From the human T2T-CHM13v2.0 reference genome, Homo sapiens: DNA of 64,000 nucleotides. Below, piece after piece: positions 16,066-41,123 of the stretch. Below the pieces are notes generated by a model. That model made no database searches, was not told where the DNA came from, and worked only from the letters and a program-made list of their open reading frames with translations. How positions within the stretch are numbered: the stretch's first letter is position 1; the number at the start of each line of letters is the position of its first letter. Location of the stretch: NCBI RefSeq assembly GCF_009914755.1, contig NC_060935.1, one strand, 5' to 3'. A program made the position numbers and the translations under genes.

Positions 16066-17028
16066 TAGGCCCTTCCTTAGAGTCCCATCCAGCAGGGCTG
16101 AAGAGACTTGGACCTAAGTAAGCCACCTGGGGCAGAGGCAGAGCTAGAATGGGGAAGGGTTTAGGCAGAACACCAAGCTGGAGCCTGGGGCTTCCAGCCA
16201 GCTCGGGGAGGCAGGAAAGTCCCTGAGGAGTGCATGAGGCACTTGAGCAGGATCTGACCTGGAGTTTACAGGCCCCAGCATTAAACCAGAATGTGGGTGA
16301 GCGTGACTGCAATGTCTCAGGCCTGAGTGCAAGGCCAGCTTGAGTGAGCAGGGTAGGTGCTAGAAGTGGGTGCTGCCAGAGTGGATGGGGCCCGTGGGTA
16401 CCATGGGTGCCTTGCAGTGGTTGCTGAGCCGGAAGTCAGGGAGGGGTGCAGACGCCCCAGAGGGAAGGGCCTGGAATCCCATAGCTGGTAGGCACACTAC
16501 AGAAACTTGTTTTTGTGAGTTTCACCTCATCTGAACCCTACAGTAACTGGCATGTGCTTTAAGCCTCTTAACTACTAGTGTCAAGTCATTTGGGAGATGG
16601 CAGTGAGCAGGAGCCAGCTCGCTTGCAAAGCCATCTAATCGGAGGTGACTTTGAACAGCTTACTTAAATAGTTTCCTCATCCGTGAAAGGGGGGTGAAGA
16701 CAAGACCCAGCTGAGGAGTTCTATTGAGAGTGACATGAGTGAGCTCACGGCTGGCCCTTAGAGCCGCACCTGGTGCTGAGCAAGTGCTGGTGCATGTCTG
16801 GCCTCCTGATCCCCTGGGTCTTCCTCAGCCCCGTTGTCAGGACTGTGCCTTCCCACATCCACTGCCCAGAGGCCCCCTCAGCACTGCACCAGGGCCTGTG
16901 GGGTCTGTGAGAAGCAGCTGGCCAAGGTGGTCAAGGATGGCATCCTATGCTTAAGCTCTGGAACTGGGCTTGTCTTCAAACACAGGCTCTGCCATTATTA
17001 GCTGTATGCCTTTGGGCAAATCTGCTGA

Positions 17029-17538
<510 letters not shown>

Positions 17539-17868
17539 GGCTGGCCTGCGGCCTTCTTGGCAGCCTCGCCTCCTGTCCATGTCTATCTGTCTGTCTGTCG
17601 GTCTGTGTCTTGGTCTGTTGCCCTCCTTCTTGGCATGCCATTGTGGAGGGCTTGGCCAGGTGTATATAAACGTCCTCTGTGCTGGGTGTTTCTGCTGCAG
17701 GTGGCAGGTGGCCCCAGGCCTGTTTGGAGGATGGGCTGGGTGGGTGGGTGGGGAAGAAATGGGCCCAGCCCCACATGGCCTGCAGACAGTGCTCTGTAAA
17801 TAGTTGTTTTAATTTAGCTGAATGTTAGCATTTTAGTCTTTGGCATTTTAGCGTTTGGGAGGTAGATT

Positions 17869-17874
17869 AATAAA
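17869..17874 (+). terminator. Proximal polyadenylation signal AATAAA (INCENP 3' UTR)
   Basis: Canonical hexamer 330 nt after the stop, with U-rich upstream context. Confidence 0.6.
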
Positions 17875-18484
17875 GTATATTCCTTCAAGCCTGCTGTTGA
17901 TACCATGAAGACTGGGCGCCTCAGTCCCAGCCCTGTAGCTGTGTGTCTTGGGCCACCAGTGGCCTGCAGGACGAAGGTACTGTTCCATCACCTGCGGTGT
18001 GCCTCAGGATCACCAGGTGCAGGCCCCCACCCTCGGAGATGCTGCTGCAGTGAGTGGTTCCACTGCCTGGATAACCCTTGAGGAACACGTCAGTTACTGT
18101 CACGATGGGGCAGGTGGAGCTCCTTCCTATTTTTTGGGGTGCTCCCTGTTTGTAAAGGGGAGTTTGTTCATTGGGAAAGACCTGGGTCTTGACACGGCCC
18201 TGCCACTTAGTCCCCTACCCTCTCCATTCCCCAGGCTCCACCCGTGCTGCTCAGGTGCAAATGGACTTGAGAGCATCTATGTGCTGGTGAAGCATGAGGT
18301 CTGAGTAGAAAAGGGGTATCCCTTGAGACCACCTTGGGACCAGTGCTTGCAAGCAGCGAGATATTTCCCCAGCAAAACCAGGCAGCTGCTAATTAAATGC
18401 TTAGAACCAATGAAAGCTGGCTGTGGTCCTGCCTGTGAGCTGCCTACTGCTGCCTTCTGAATGCATATATCTGCTACTGTAGCC

Positions 18485-18690
18485 CCGGGTTGTCAAACTA
18501 TGGCCTGTGGGCCAAATCCAGCCACAGTCGGTTCTTTAAAGTTTTATCGAAACACAAGCAATGGAAATGCCCATTTCCATTGTTGTCTCCAGTTGCTCTG
18601 CTCCGAGGGCAGTGTTAAGTTGTGCAGCAGAGGCCCCTCCATGCAAAGCTGAATATGTTTACTATTTGAACTTTTTCAGAAGTTCTGCTT
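18485..18690. mobile_element. MER58-like hAT MITE in INCENP 3' UTR
   Basis: caaactatggcctgtgggccaaatcc ... atatgtttactatttg motifs. Confidence 0.6.
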
Positions 18691-18698
18691 AAGGACAA

Positions 18699-18704
18699 AA
18701 TAAA
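18699..18704 (+). terminator. Distal polyadenylation signal AATAAA (INCENP 3' UTR)
   Basis: Canonical hexamer followed downstream by U/GU-rich sequence. Confidence 0.65.
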
Positions 18705-18989
18705 GCCTAAATCCAAGAACACTTTTAAAAATGAGGAAATAGTGAACACAATAGACGGAAGTCTGGAAGTTTCTACCCATGCCAAGAAAAGCATTTTATG
18801 TTTTGTTCACATATGTTGTGCAATTCAAATTTTTTTCCCTATATTCTCTGACTAGACACTTGTACTGAGTCAATTGGCGAGTGTGTCTGTCTAAAAGCAC
18901 AGTATCAAAATATCACTTAAAGCATCTTTACATAGTGTGTTTAAGAAAAAGTTGTTATTCAGCAGAAAGGTAATTCCAATTGGTCTGCA

Positions 18990-20312
18990 TATTTATCAGC
19001 ACTTGGTATTGTCTGTTTCTTATTTTAGCCATTCTGATAGGTGTGTACTGATATCTAATCATGGCTTTAATTTGAATTTCCCTAATGGCTGATGGTGAAC
19101 ATCTTTTCATGTGCATTTCTGTCATCTGTATGTCTTTGGTGAAGAGTCTTCAAATCTTTTGTTCATCTTAAAATTGGATTGTTATATTACCATTGGGTTT
19201 AAGAATCTACATATTATGGATACAAATATGTTGTCAGATATGTGTTTTGCAGCATTTTCTCCCAGTCTGTAGCTTGTCTTTAAAAAAAAAATTTTTTTTT
19301 TTTTTTTTTTTTTTTAAGAGATGGGATCTTGCTACATTGGCCAGGCTGGTCTCGAACTCCTGGCCTGAAGTGATCCTTCTGCCTTGGCCTCCCAAAATGC
19401 TGAGATTGTAGGCATGAGCCGCCATGCCTAGCCCAGCTTGTCTTTTTGTTTACTTACCAGTGTTTTTCAGAGAACAAAAATTTTAATTTGATGAAGTCCA
19501 ATTAATTAAATTTTTAAAATAGAGTGTGATTTTTTTGTCATGTCTAAGAAACTATTGTCTAGTCCTAGGTCCTAATTCTCCTTTGTTTTCTTCTAAATGT
19601 TTTATTATTTTACATGTTAACGTTTAGATTTATGATCTATTTTAAGTTTTTTTTAAGTATGAGGTTTATGTTTTTTGTTTGTGTTTAGGAGCATATGGAT
19701 GGATGTCTAGTTGTTCCAGCACCATTTGTTGGAAAGACTATCCTTTCTCTGCTGAATTTCTTTTATATCTTTGTCAGGAATTAGCCATATTGGTATGGGT
19801 CTATTTCTAGACTTTTTATTTTCTCCCATTGATCTGTACATCTCTCCTTTTGCCAATACCACATAAGTCAAGATGACTATAGCTTTGTAATAAGTATTAA
19901 AATCTGGTAATATAATTCTTCCAATTTTATTTTTCTTTTAAAATTATTTTGACTATTGTATCAGTGTTACCTTTCCATTTAAATTTTAGGATTAGCTTAG
20001 CTACAAAAGTCCTGCTGGGATTTTGATTAGAATTGCATTAAATCTATAGATAAGTTTGGGGAGAATTAACATATTTATGATCGCCTTTTAATCCGTGAAC
20101 ATGACGTGTCTCTCCATTTATTTGCATGTTTAGTTTCTTTCTTCAGCATTTTATAGTTTTAGCATACAGATCTTGTACATATTTTCTTAGATTTGTAACT
20201 ATTTTCTTGGAGCTGTTGTAAATGGTATTGTTTTTCTGATTTTTGGTTTCTACTTGTTCATTGCTGGTGTATAGAAATACAGTTGGCTTTTGTGTCGGCT
20301 TTGTATCCCGTG
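18990..20312 (-). mobile_element. Old L1M fragment (ORF2 3' part), with nested FLAM/Alu monomer at ~19295-19434
   Basis: Antisense L1 ORF2 motifs (ttagccattctgatagg, ccagcaccatttgttggaaagact). Confidence 0.8.
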
Positions 20313-28487
<8,175 letters not shown>

Positions 28488-29487
28488 AAGAAAACAGGAG
28501 AAAATCCTAGTGTCTTTGTGTTTGGCACAGGTTTTTTACATATGACACCAAAAGTGTGAACTATAAAAGCAAAAGTCAATTGGACTTCATCAAAATTAGA
28601 AACTTTTGCTCTTTAAAAGTTACTGTTACTCAGCATCTTTCATTCTGCCCCGGGGTGGGATGGTACAAATAGCCCATCCTGCCGTATTCTCAGGAATAGA
28701 ACGGGGCTTGATCCTCACCACTTGGTTAGGATGAAGATGAGAAAACCTGGGATTATCCAGGCTTTCTTGCTTCAGTAGGACCCATTTATGGATGCTAACC
28801 CCACCCTTCACTGTAGCCCACCCCGTTGCATGCCTGGCACATTTCCTCTTGTCAAGTACCTGCTAGCTACCTGCCATGTGAGGCTTTTCCTGTCTCCCTT
28901 AAGTAAACTAAGCCACAGCTTTTTTCTGGCTCCATCTGGGCTTTTCACAGCACATGCCTAGTCCACGTGTTGCAGTGGGATCTGGGGCCTTGAACTGTGG
29001 GTACCACTTGCTACTGAGCAACTGTGGCTGCTGGCTGAGTTCTGCTGGGGCAAGACCCATAGCAGCCTTTCTTCCCTCTGGGCTTCCATGGTGCAAACAT
29101 TCCTCCAGGTTTAAGAAAGAAGAAAGAGCAGGCATGAGAAGGAAAGTGGGCTGTAACCTGTATTCCAAGGGATTGCAAACAATGCAGATCGCAGGTTATT
29201 CTCCTATCTGAACCTCTTGGAGCTTGATTCTGAGGCTTCCTTGGACATCTATAGAAACCTGGGTAGCAGCACTCAGAGCTAAGCTGAGTTACCTGATGCC
29301 TGAAGCACCTGCTCTGTACTCCTTACAGTGCTCACTGCTCTGAGCCAGCAAAGTAGAAAGTAACTTACATGGCCAACCCCAACCACATCCCCACTCCTGT
29401 CCAGTAATTTTGAATGTTCTCAACCAAAGAGATCTACCCTGCATGCTGGAAGGAGGAAGTAAACTACAGCTTGCAAAGGGGAGTTCT

Positions 29488-29795
<308 letters not shown>

Positions 29796-30503
29796 AGGGG
29801 GGCTTTTAAAGTGCCTTTTAAGTAGTCATTCCTTTGTGGGGGTATTTGCTTTTATTGCAGTTTATTAAGCCTGAAACAGCTGACATGAAGATGGATACTT
29901 TGACTCAGGTTTGGTTGCCTGATCCATGAAGCTTTAATCTTACTTGCCCACAGATACACACACACATACCCCTACCTGTATTAATTTGCACTTTAAATAT
30001 GCCCATTCCTCTGCTATTATGATATAGGAAAGTTGATAGTATCAGATTAATTTCAGGTGAACTATTCTACCTATAAAAGAATAGGAGCTAATAGGAGCTC
30101 CTATAAAAGAACAGGAGCTAATAACCCATGAAAGCTATGACGGTTTTTTTTTTTTTTGGATCTCTATTCTTCCTGCCAGCTCTGCCCCTGGCCTGGCAGG
30201 ATTGGTTGAGTGGGGAATTGGTCCTTGAGAATTGGAGTAAGGGATCTTGAGGAATGTGTTTAGTGTCTTTGAGTTGTGATTTGAGAATAACAGAGGCAGG
30301 AGCCCTCTGCAGGGCTCCTGTCCTACTTGCCCCTGGGACACTGTAATAAGACAAGTATGGATTATGCCCAGTGAGGACTCCTATAACTAATTATTTAACT
30401 CAGAAAGTGCCCCAGAGGTGCTGGGGGTGCAGCAGAAAGGACTGGAGGGGTGCAGCCACTACTGCGGGAATGGTAGGGAAAGGGGCTAGGGGCTAGGGGC
30501 TAG

Positions 30504-30871
<368 letters not shown>

Positions 30872-31699
30872 AAGTTATCTTACAGTGTCATTGTTTGCAT
30901 GTTTGTGATGGCCCTAGACTTAACAGATAGAGAGCAGGCTCTATGGCTTAGAGAAAGACAGAAAACAGACAGTGATTGATTTAGGGTATGTAGGTAATGT
31001 GTAAGCCCAGGGCAGTGATTGTGGCTTCATCTGGTCAGAATTTCATCAAAGACACCTCTCGGGGCTAAAAAAGACCAGACTTTTTTTTTCTTTTTTCTTT
31101 TTTTTTGCTACTTGGGCAACACTGGCTTGATCTAGGTGACCTCTACGTTCCCTAGATGGACAACTTGTGTGGCCCCCAAACCTCTCCGTCTTACCCCAGT
31201 ACCCCTTATTATCCTCAGCTACCATGCCACTCTCTTCAATCCCAGCAACCAGTCCTCACCTACTTCTGTAGGAGACCTCCACAGGGAGGAGCCTTACCAT
31301 GAAGGTGATTGCAGTGTTTTTAATGAAAGGGGCCAAGAAAATGTGGCAATGAGGTCCTGTTCCTACGAGCTCCACTCTCCGGATTGAGACAGTGACACTT
31401 GTGGGAGCAGGACCCACTGAGGCCCAGTCCGAGGGCTCAGGTGGGAGAGCATCCACTGTGGCACTGCCGCGCTCGGGACCAGGGGCTGCTGGCCTTCAAC
31501 AGTTGTGTCTCACGTTCTACTGAAGCAGATTGAGGAGAGTGACTCGGGCAGAGAATGCAGGGTGTTCTCTGTCTCCCTCCAGTAGACTAAGGCGTGTTAG
31601 TCTACATGAGGTCAACATGCAGACTGCAATGCAGGGAATCCTCTCTCATTCCTCGGGTAGGAGGGCAGGGCTGGGAATTACAACAGGGACCTCCCCTAA

Positions 31700-32772
31700 T
31701 TGTCCGCCACCTGCCTGGAGTCACTTAGCAAAAAATAAAAATAATAAAAATCTGTGTTTGGCCCTGATGTGGACTCTACAGCTCCTTTTGCCACTCCCTG
31801 TGTCAGGGCCAAGGAGATGGGGTTTGTTGTCCAGCTCTGTCTAACCACTTCCCGGGGAATAGTCTGGGAATATGGATGACAACCTTTAATCGCAAAGTGC
31901 CTACTGTGTGTGAGGCACTGGGCGAGTTGAGTTGCGTTGGCCATAACCTTCAATCGCATTTGCTGATTGAGGGGTGATATTATCTTCATCTTCATTTTAA
32001 GTCTCTGGAAAGTGACACTCAAAGAGTTAAAGCAACCTCAAGCCCAAGGTTGTGTGGAGTGTGCAGTCGGGCAGGAAGCTCCACTGGACTTCGAAGGTGT
32101 TGCTCTAAGGCAAGCCTGCTACGACGCATGTCAAGACATCAGAAATGTTAAGAGGCTTCCCTCCATTGCCTCTTGTTGGCCAAAAGCACCCAGACTTTTC
32201 TGATGCCAGTGGGGACTTCCCAGTCCTTGCCCTGGCAAAGTAGGGCCCTCTCCCAGACTGCTATTTCCCACCCGGGGTTTCTGGTCCCTGGCCGCAGGAC
32301 GTGGGATCTGGTATCACTGATGGAGCTGTACAGATGACATGTCCCAGAAGTGCAGGGAATTGAAGTTCATGGGGTGAACTTTGGCCAATGGGAAACAGGA
32401 GGCAGGAGGGGTCTGGGCAGGTGAATTCTGCCAGCTTTGTCTCTGATGCTGGACCCCGGCATTGTTTCTCCTTGCCGCCTATGTGGAGAAATCCCACCTG
32501 CTGAGCAAACGACTGTGTCTCTTGATGCCTAGGTGTAAAATAACCATCACTTCACATTTTCTTCATATCTGTCCTGTCTCACTTCCCTTTTGTCAGGTTC
32601 CTGTGAGGCCAGGGGAGATCTGGTGGGACAGGGAGAACAGCAGGGGTACACAGGGTCCTGGGGTTTGGCAGAGAAAGGGAGTGGCCAAAGGAGCTGTAGA
32701 GTACGTGAGGGTCAAACACAGAGTTGTATTATTTTTACTTTTTGCTAAGCACCTCTAGGCAGCTGGGGGACT
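31700..32772. repeat. Degenerate ~100-bp inverted repeat pair (31700-31799 / 32676-32772)
   Basis: Reverse complement of the left arm (agggagtggcaaaaggagctgtagagtccacatcagggccaaacacag...) aligns to the right arm (agggagtggccaaaggagctgtagagtacgtgagggtcaaacacag...). Confidence 0.8.
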
Positions 32773-33444
32773 TTCGGGGCTCTGTAACTTTGGATATTGG
32801 GAACTTTACTGGTCAGGCCCTAATGACCAGATTCTCATACCTGAGCTGCACATTGATAAGGCACAGTGAAGTGGATATCCCGCCCTTTGGGCCTCCAGGC
32901 CAGTTCCTCTTGGGAACTGCCCAGGACTCTCGTTCTGCCCAGGACTGAGCCCTGACTCAGGATGTCACTGTTAGAGAGAAGGGCAGAGAGGGGCTCACTA
33001 CCGTTGACTGTTGCTGTTTTCTGCTTAGCTGGCTGGATATCCACCTCCTCTTTGAACTTCTTCAGACCCTCAAAATCAGCACCCTTGAAATCAGGGTCCT
33101 TGAAATCAGGAGTCTCAACACTGGGAGAGGACCCAAAAGGACCAGTAGCAGCTGGGAAGTCAGCTCTGGAGCCCTCAAAGAAGCTTTGCTTGACTCAACT
33201 ACCTTTTTGCACATGGAGGTGGGAAGAAAAGAGTTAGGCACATTTATCATGATGGGGGAATGGCCATTGTGCCTTGTCCAGGGAACAATGCACACAGAGC
33301 ATGAGCCCACCTGTGCAGCAAGATGCTGATATCCAGGTATCTGTGTCTGGATGGATGGGAAAAGACTTGACCCCATGAGCCCAGCAAGTTAACACTGGTT
33401 GTATATGGGTGACTTCTATGGGCTTTTCTTTATTTCCCCAAATT

Positions 33445-33717
<273 letters not shown>

Positions 33718-33899
33718 TAAAGAATGGCGGGCACAGTTTGAGACCAGCCTGAGTGACATAACAAGACCCTGTCTGTATTTATTAAAACAAACAAAATAAT
33801 AAAGTCTCCAAGACACACAGCCTTGCCTAATAACTTTAATTTGTTTGGAAAAGCCCTGCCCTCTAAGTGAAAAGCTGTCACATGAAAAAAATATTGCCA

Positions 33900-34768
33900 T
33901 TACTTTGTTCAATTCTTTTATTGCAGTAAAATACACAAAACATGAAAATTACCATCTTAATCGTTTTTTTTAAATAATTTTAAAATGTATATATCAGTGG
34001 TATTAAATACATTTTGTAATTTTGTGCAACCATTACTGCCATCTATCTCCAGAGTGCTTTTCATCTTGCAAAACTGAAAAGTTATACCCATTAAACAATA
34101 ATTTCCTATTCCTCCCTCCCCCGTCCCCTGGCAATCACCATTCTACTCTCTGTTTCTATGATTTTGACTATTTTACATACATATAAGTGGAATCATACGT
34201 TATTTGTCTTTTTTTATGTAACTGACTTATTGCACTTAACATGTCTTCAAGATTTATTCATGTTGTAGCATGTAGTTTTCCTTCCTTTTTAAGGCTAGAT
34301 AATATTCCCTTGTATGTATGTACTATATTTTGATTATTCATGTGTCTGTTGATGGACACTTGGGTTGCTTCTGTGTTTTATTGTGAATAATGCTGCTGTG
34401 AACATGGATGTACAAATCTTTTTTTGAGACTCTGCTTTCAATTATTTTGTGTATACCCTGAAGGGGAATTGCTGGATCATGTGGTAACTCTATTTTTACT
34501 CTATTTCTGGCCTTTCTATTTTATTCCATTGGTCTACATGGCTGTCTTTATGCCAGTACCACATTGTTTTGATTACTGTCACTTTGTAGCAAGTTCTCCA
34601 GCTTTGTTCCGTCTTTTCAAGATTGCTTTCACTATTTGGGGTTCCTTGATATTCCATATGGATTTTATAATTGTTTTTTCTATTTCTGGAAAAACCATTT
34701 TTGGGATTTTGATAGGGATTGCATTGAATCTTTGGGTAGTATTGACATCTTAACAACATTAAGTCTTC
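33900..34768 (-). mobile_element. Old L1M 3' fragment
   Basis: Antisense L1 3' UTR/ORF2 motifs. Confidence 0.75.
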
Positions 34769-34769
34769 T

Positions 34770-35385
34770 GTTCTCTTGCCTCAGGCGTCCCACGTCCACC
34801 GATTCCTCCTCCCTCGTTGCTGAGTCCTTGGCTGGCATCAGAAAAATGGCTACAAACTTCTCAGTATATGAGAAGATCTGGTTTGACAAGTTCAAATATG
34901 ACATTGCAGAAAGGAGATTGTACGAGCAGATGAACGGGCCTGTGGCCAGCACCTCCCGCCAGAAGAATGGCGCCAGCGTGATCCTCCATGACATTGCGAG
35001 AGCCAGAGAGAACATCCAGAAATCTCTGGCCAGAAGCTCAGGCCCCAGGGTCTCCAGCGGCCCCAACGGAGAACACAGCGAGCTTGTTGTCCTGATCGCC
35101 AGTCTGGAAGTGGAGAACCAGAGGCTGAGCAGCGTGGTGCAGGAGCTGCAGCAGGCCATGTCCAGGCTGGAGGCCCAGCTGAACGTGCTGGAGAAGAGCT
35201 CTGCTGGCCACCGGGCCACAGTCCCTCAGACCCAGCACGTGTCTCCCATGTGCCAAGTGGAGCCCCGGCCAAGAAGCCAACCACACCAGCAGAGGATGAC
35301 AAGGGCAATGACATTGACCTTTTTGGCAGCAACAATGAGGAGGAGGACGAGGAGGCAGCACAGCTGCGGGAGGAATGGCTGCCAT
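34770..35385 (+). pseudogene. EEF1DP8: EEF1D processed pseudogene, 3'-truncated (probably EEF1DP8)
   Basis: Intronless; EEF1D-like 5' UTR; ATG 34846 [19 protein letters not shown]...[17 protein letters not shown]...LEVENQ; frameshift near 35265; no GEF domain, no polyA. The symbol is recalled from the locus. Confidence 0.85.
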
Positions 35386-36416
35386 TTCCCCCAGTAATTA
35401 GAAAAGCCTTATTGTGAGGTTTTTGATACCTTTTTATAGTTTTATGTTGTCATCTTTGTTTTAAGGAATATGTGAAGTTGTTTCAAAATTGGGAACAAGA
35501 ATTGTCACATTCTTTTGTTTTTTCTTCATATTTTCTCCATATTTTTCTTGTTTTCCTCTTTTGCCCTCCAGTCCTGGGAGGAAAGTAAGTGTCATGGGTG
35601 AGGACTTTCCACTTCCTGGACCATTGGAGTCTCTGGGACCATCCACAGTCCCTAAGCCTGGGAAAGTGCTCTGTTCTTTAGCATATTAAAAATGGCCCTA
35701 GCCTGTCCTTAAATGACTCTAGAGGGGTCATTCAAGTGCATGTTTGTATGTGGAAAGATGATTAATATGTCACATATGGCTTAAAGGAGCCAGCAGGATC
35801 TTGAGACACAGTAAAAATATCCCCCCGCCACCCTTCAGAGGTGGGGAATTTTGATTCCTCCCTGGTAAATCTCTGTCAAATTACTAATTATTGATCTCTG
35901 ATAATTACCAATTATTGATCCCTAACTCATGACTGTCTCCTTTACAGCTGGTGAGCAAGCCACTGATTCTAGACTTTCATGACTTTCTGATGACTTCCTG
36001 ATGACTTCCTACTGACCAAATGATAAACCGCTCAGAATTTCCTGTCTGCACTGTGTGGGATAGTGTCCCCTGAGCCACCTTCTTTCTCAAATTGCTGTTA
36101 TATTGTCTTAATCCACAAGGAAGGTCTTGTGTGAACATATGTATACATCCAGAGTGTTCTGGTAGAATTATAGCTCCCCTTGCACTAAGGGGTGCCCGGG
36201 GCACTTACATGATGTGTACTTGTTGTTAACCACCGCTCCCCAGGGGCTGGATCTTATCCCCTGTGCATAATCAGAAGCAGTTTCCCTAGTCTTGGTTCAC
36301 CTGGTTGCAGTTCTCACCCTCTTCCTAGGAGTCCACTCTGCTGAGTTCCCATCAGGTCTTCTTCTGCACTGACTCTATGCCAGGTAGCTGGAGGTTAGAC
36401 TGTTCCTTCAGCCTAG

Positions 36417-36842
<426 letters not shown>

Positions 36843-37688
36843 TAATTACCAAAGGCTGGCCTGTAGTAGGAGATGTCTGATGAGTTTTTCTTAAATTGAA
36901 CGCCAACAATAAGGTTTGAGCCTCAAGGTGGCGCCATTTCATGTAGAGTCTGGAATCTCTGAACACTTGAAATAGACCATCCGTCACTAGCAGGAGCCCT
37001 TGCGTTCCGTTCCTGGATGCCGTTCTCAAAGTGAACACAATGAAATACAAGTTTCACTCGTGTTTGCATAAGGTCAAAACAACTGACAGGGTCGTTTCTT
37101 CTTGAGAGGACTGTGCGTTATCCTAGCAGGTGTATATACTATTTATCTCGTCAGATTTCTTACCAAGGAGACAGAAGCTGAGAAGAAATGAGATTAGGGG
37201 TTGTCTATCAAGGACAGAGGGAAAGAAGGGGGTAGCTGCGACTGTGTTTGTGGTGTGTGGGATGAAAAGGAAGATTTGAAGGATAAAACTAGAAGGGAAG
37301 TGAAGATGACTCCAAAGTGCCTTATTTGGAGCGGGATGAGACTGACTGGATGGTTCATGTTAAAGGGATCGTCTCAGCACAGCTGAGGGTTTTTCACACA
37401 TACTATTATTTAATTCTACTGACTTTCACGTAAAGAAAGTGTAGTCTTTATTTACTGAGACTTAAAAAGATTAAATGGCTTTTCCAAGCTCACACAGTCC
37501 ATATAACCCAGAGATGGGAAAATATATCTGGACCCCAAATCCTTAATTTTACTTGTCTGCCTGCCCGCCTCTTCCCTGTTGAACCTGGGGAGGCATCAGG
37601 GCATCCTGTTAGTGGTGTCCCACAGATAGACAAATTTTACCCTGGATTACGAAAAGCTGGATTAGCTTTCTTACTTAAACAATACTGG

Positions 37689-38070
<382 letters not shown>

Positions 38071-39334
38071 CTAGAAAGATTAGCATTTCTATTACAGAAG
38101 CAAATGTCAAAAGGAGATTTAGAGGGAGTTACAGTTGCTTAAAAAAAAAAAACCCCCTGCCCTTTGCCATCACAAGCCCATGATCGTCACAGTTATCTGT
38201 CAGTCAAGCACCTGACCGTAATGGAAGTCAACAAATAAAACGCATCACTTGAGACCGGATAAAGAACACAGGATGAGCATGAGTTTAATCCTTGTCCATC
38301 CTCTTTAGAAATCTGAAAAAAATAACAACTTAAAATGACAACAAAAGAACAAAGTGGCAAACTCTACAGTATAGTGGAAACAAGCAAGTGACAATATTTG
38401 ATGAGAAATATTTAAGCTTTTCTGATGGATGGAGAGCAGATAGGATGAAATCTACAGAGAAATAAGATGAGAGGAAACTGAAGTTCAAACATGTGCTGGA
38501 GAAAAAACCTTCAGATAGAGGAGCTTTTGGAAAGAAAGAGGAAATTAGGTTTAAGATAGGTCTTGGATAATTATTGAAATTGAATACAGGCAGGATGAGA
38601 GTTGAAATACACAATGAGATGTGGACAGCGACCTCACACCACTTTGCTCTGTTCTTCTGCAATATATGTTTTTTTTCACATAATGTTTTTATTGTTCCCT
38701 TCAGTGCAAAGGACTATTGGGGAAGAAGGGTCTTCCCAGTGGGCAGCAGAAAACCGTGAGATTAAGCAAAAATAATTGCTATCAAGGATCCTAGGTGAGT
38801 ATGAGTTCAGAAGTTTGCTGGTCCATTACAAGTCTTGGGGTTATTCAGTCTGCTTCTCTGTGCAGTTCTTCTAGAATTCTGTTAAAAAAAAAAAGCCATC
38901 AACTCATTATGGGTGCCAAAGGGGTAACCCCTTTTCCTTCTAGGCTAAATATGAAAAAAAATCTGATTTTCATCATCCTAAGTGGCACCTGTTTTTGCAG
39001 AGGATACCAACTGCCTCTTTTGGGTGGTCTCAGACTCCCCTTCTTTGGGTGGTACCTTTGATGTGGTTGTGCTTGACGTTCTCAAGTCTCTGGTTTTCAA
39101 GGTGGGACAGACTTACCATGAGATGCAGGTATCTCAAGCAAGGTCCAGCACGACTTACTAACTGCGGGGATGGTCAAGATAGGGTGTTAGGGCCTGGCTT
39201 ACTTCGCTGCCAGGCAGTTCTTTCTCTGACATTCCTTTAGGTAAGATCAGTTCCCCAGGTAGAAGAGATGTATTGGAAGAGAGCCTCACGTTGGTGTCAG
39301 CCTTGACAGGAACTTAGGATGAAGGAGACTCCTT

Positions 39335-39701
<367 letters not shown>

Positions 39702-40387
39702 AAAACTCCTTGACTTTCAAGAATCTGCTCTATTGCAGAGGAAAATTGCTGGACCTCTCCTGGGGCCATGATGATTTCACAGGAGCAGAGCCCCACAGCT
39801 GATTTGAACACATCCTGCATGTTCATCAAGACATTAGGAGGGTTTTAGGCCACATAAAGTCTGTTCACTATAGTTTATGTCACCTCTGTTTTGCCACTGA
39901 ATTTGTATATAGCCTTGTCAGAGCTCTGGGGAGGGTGTGGGATATATGGTTGTAATTTGATGTCTGAGGCTTTGCATACCCGTTGGAAAATTCCGTAAAA
40001 TGAGACCCTTGTTCTGAGTCTTTGTTGAATAGAATTGCCCCAAGGAGACTGTATTACTAAAGCAAATGGAATAAGCCCTCAACAATAAATGGAATTGGGT
40101 AAAGCTATACAGACATATCATTGCAACATCGATTGGAGTTTGAAGTTAATTCCAAATACAAAGTTATGGAATTGTATTGTATTACTGAGGTAAAAGGTAT
40201 CACGATTAAAAAGTGCCTGCTTTCCAGAAGCTTCAGGCCATCCAGAGAACGTACACTTTAGATCTGGGTTATGGATGTACTCCACTAATGGGAGATGATG
40301 TATGAAGTCAATTTAAAGGTGGATGAAGAAGGGTCCCCAAACTCTAGGTGGTGTCCCAAATGGTATCTGCACTGGTTTGCAGCATTA

Positions 40388-41123
<736 letters not shown>

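Noticed and set aside
30070-30125. Short duplicated ctataaaagaa[t/c]aggagctaata (TATA-like)
   Set aside because: This is a small slippage duplication with no other promoter evidence.
34636-34845. 70-codon N-terminal extension of the EEF1D-like ORF
   Set aside because: It starts at a non-ATG codon in antisense L1 sequence and is a chance open frame.
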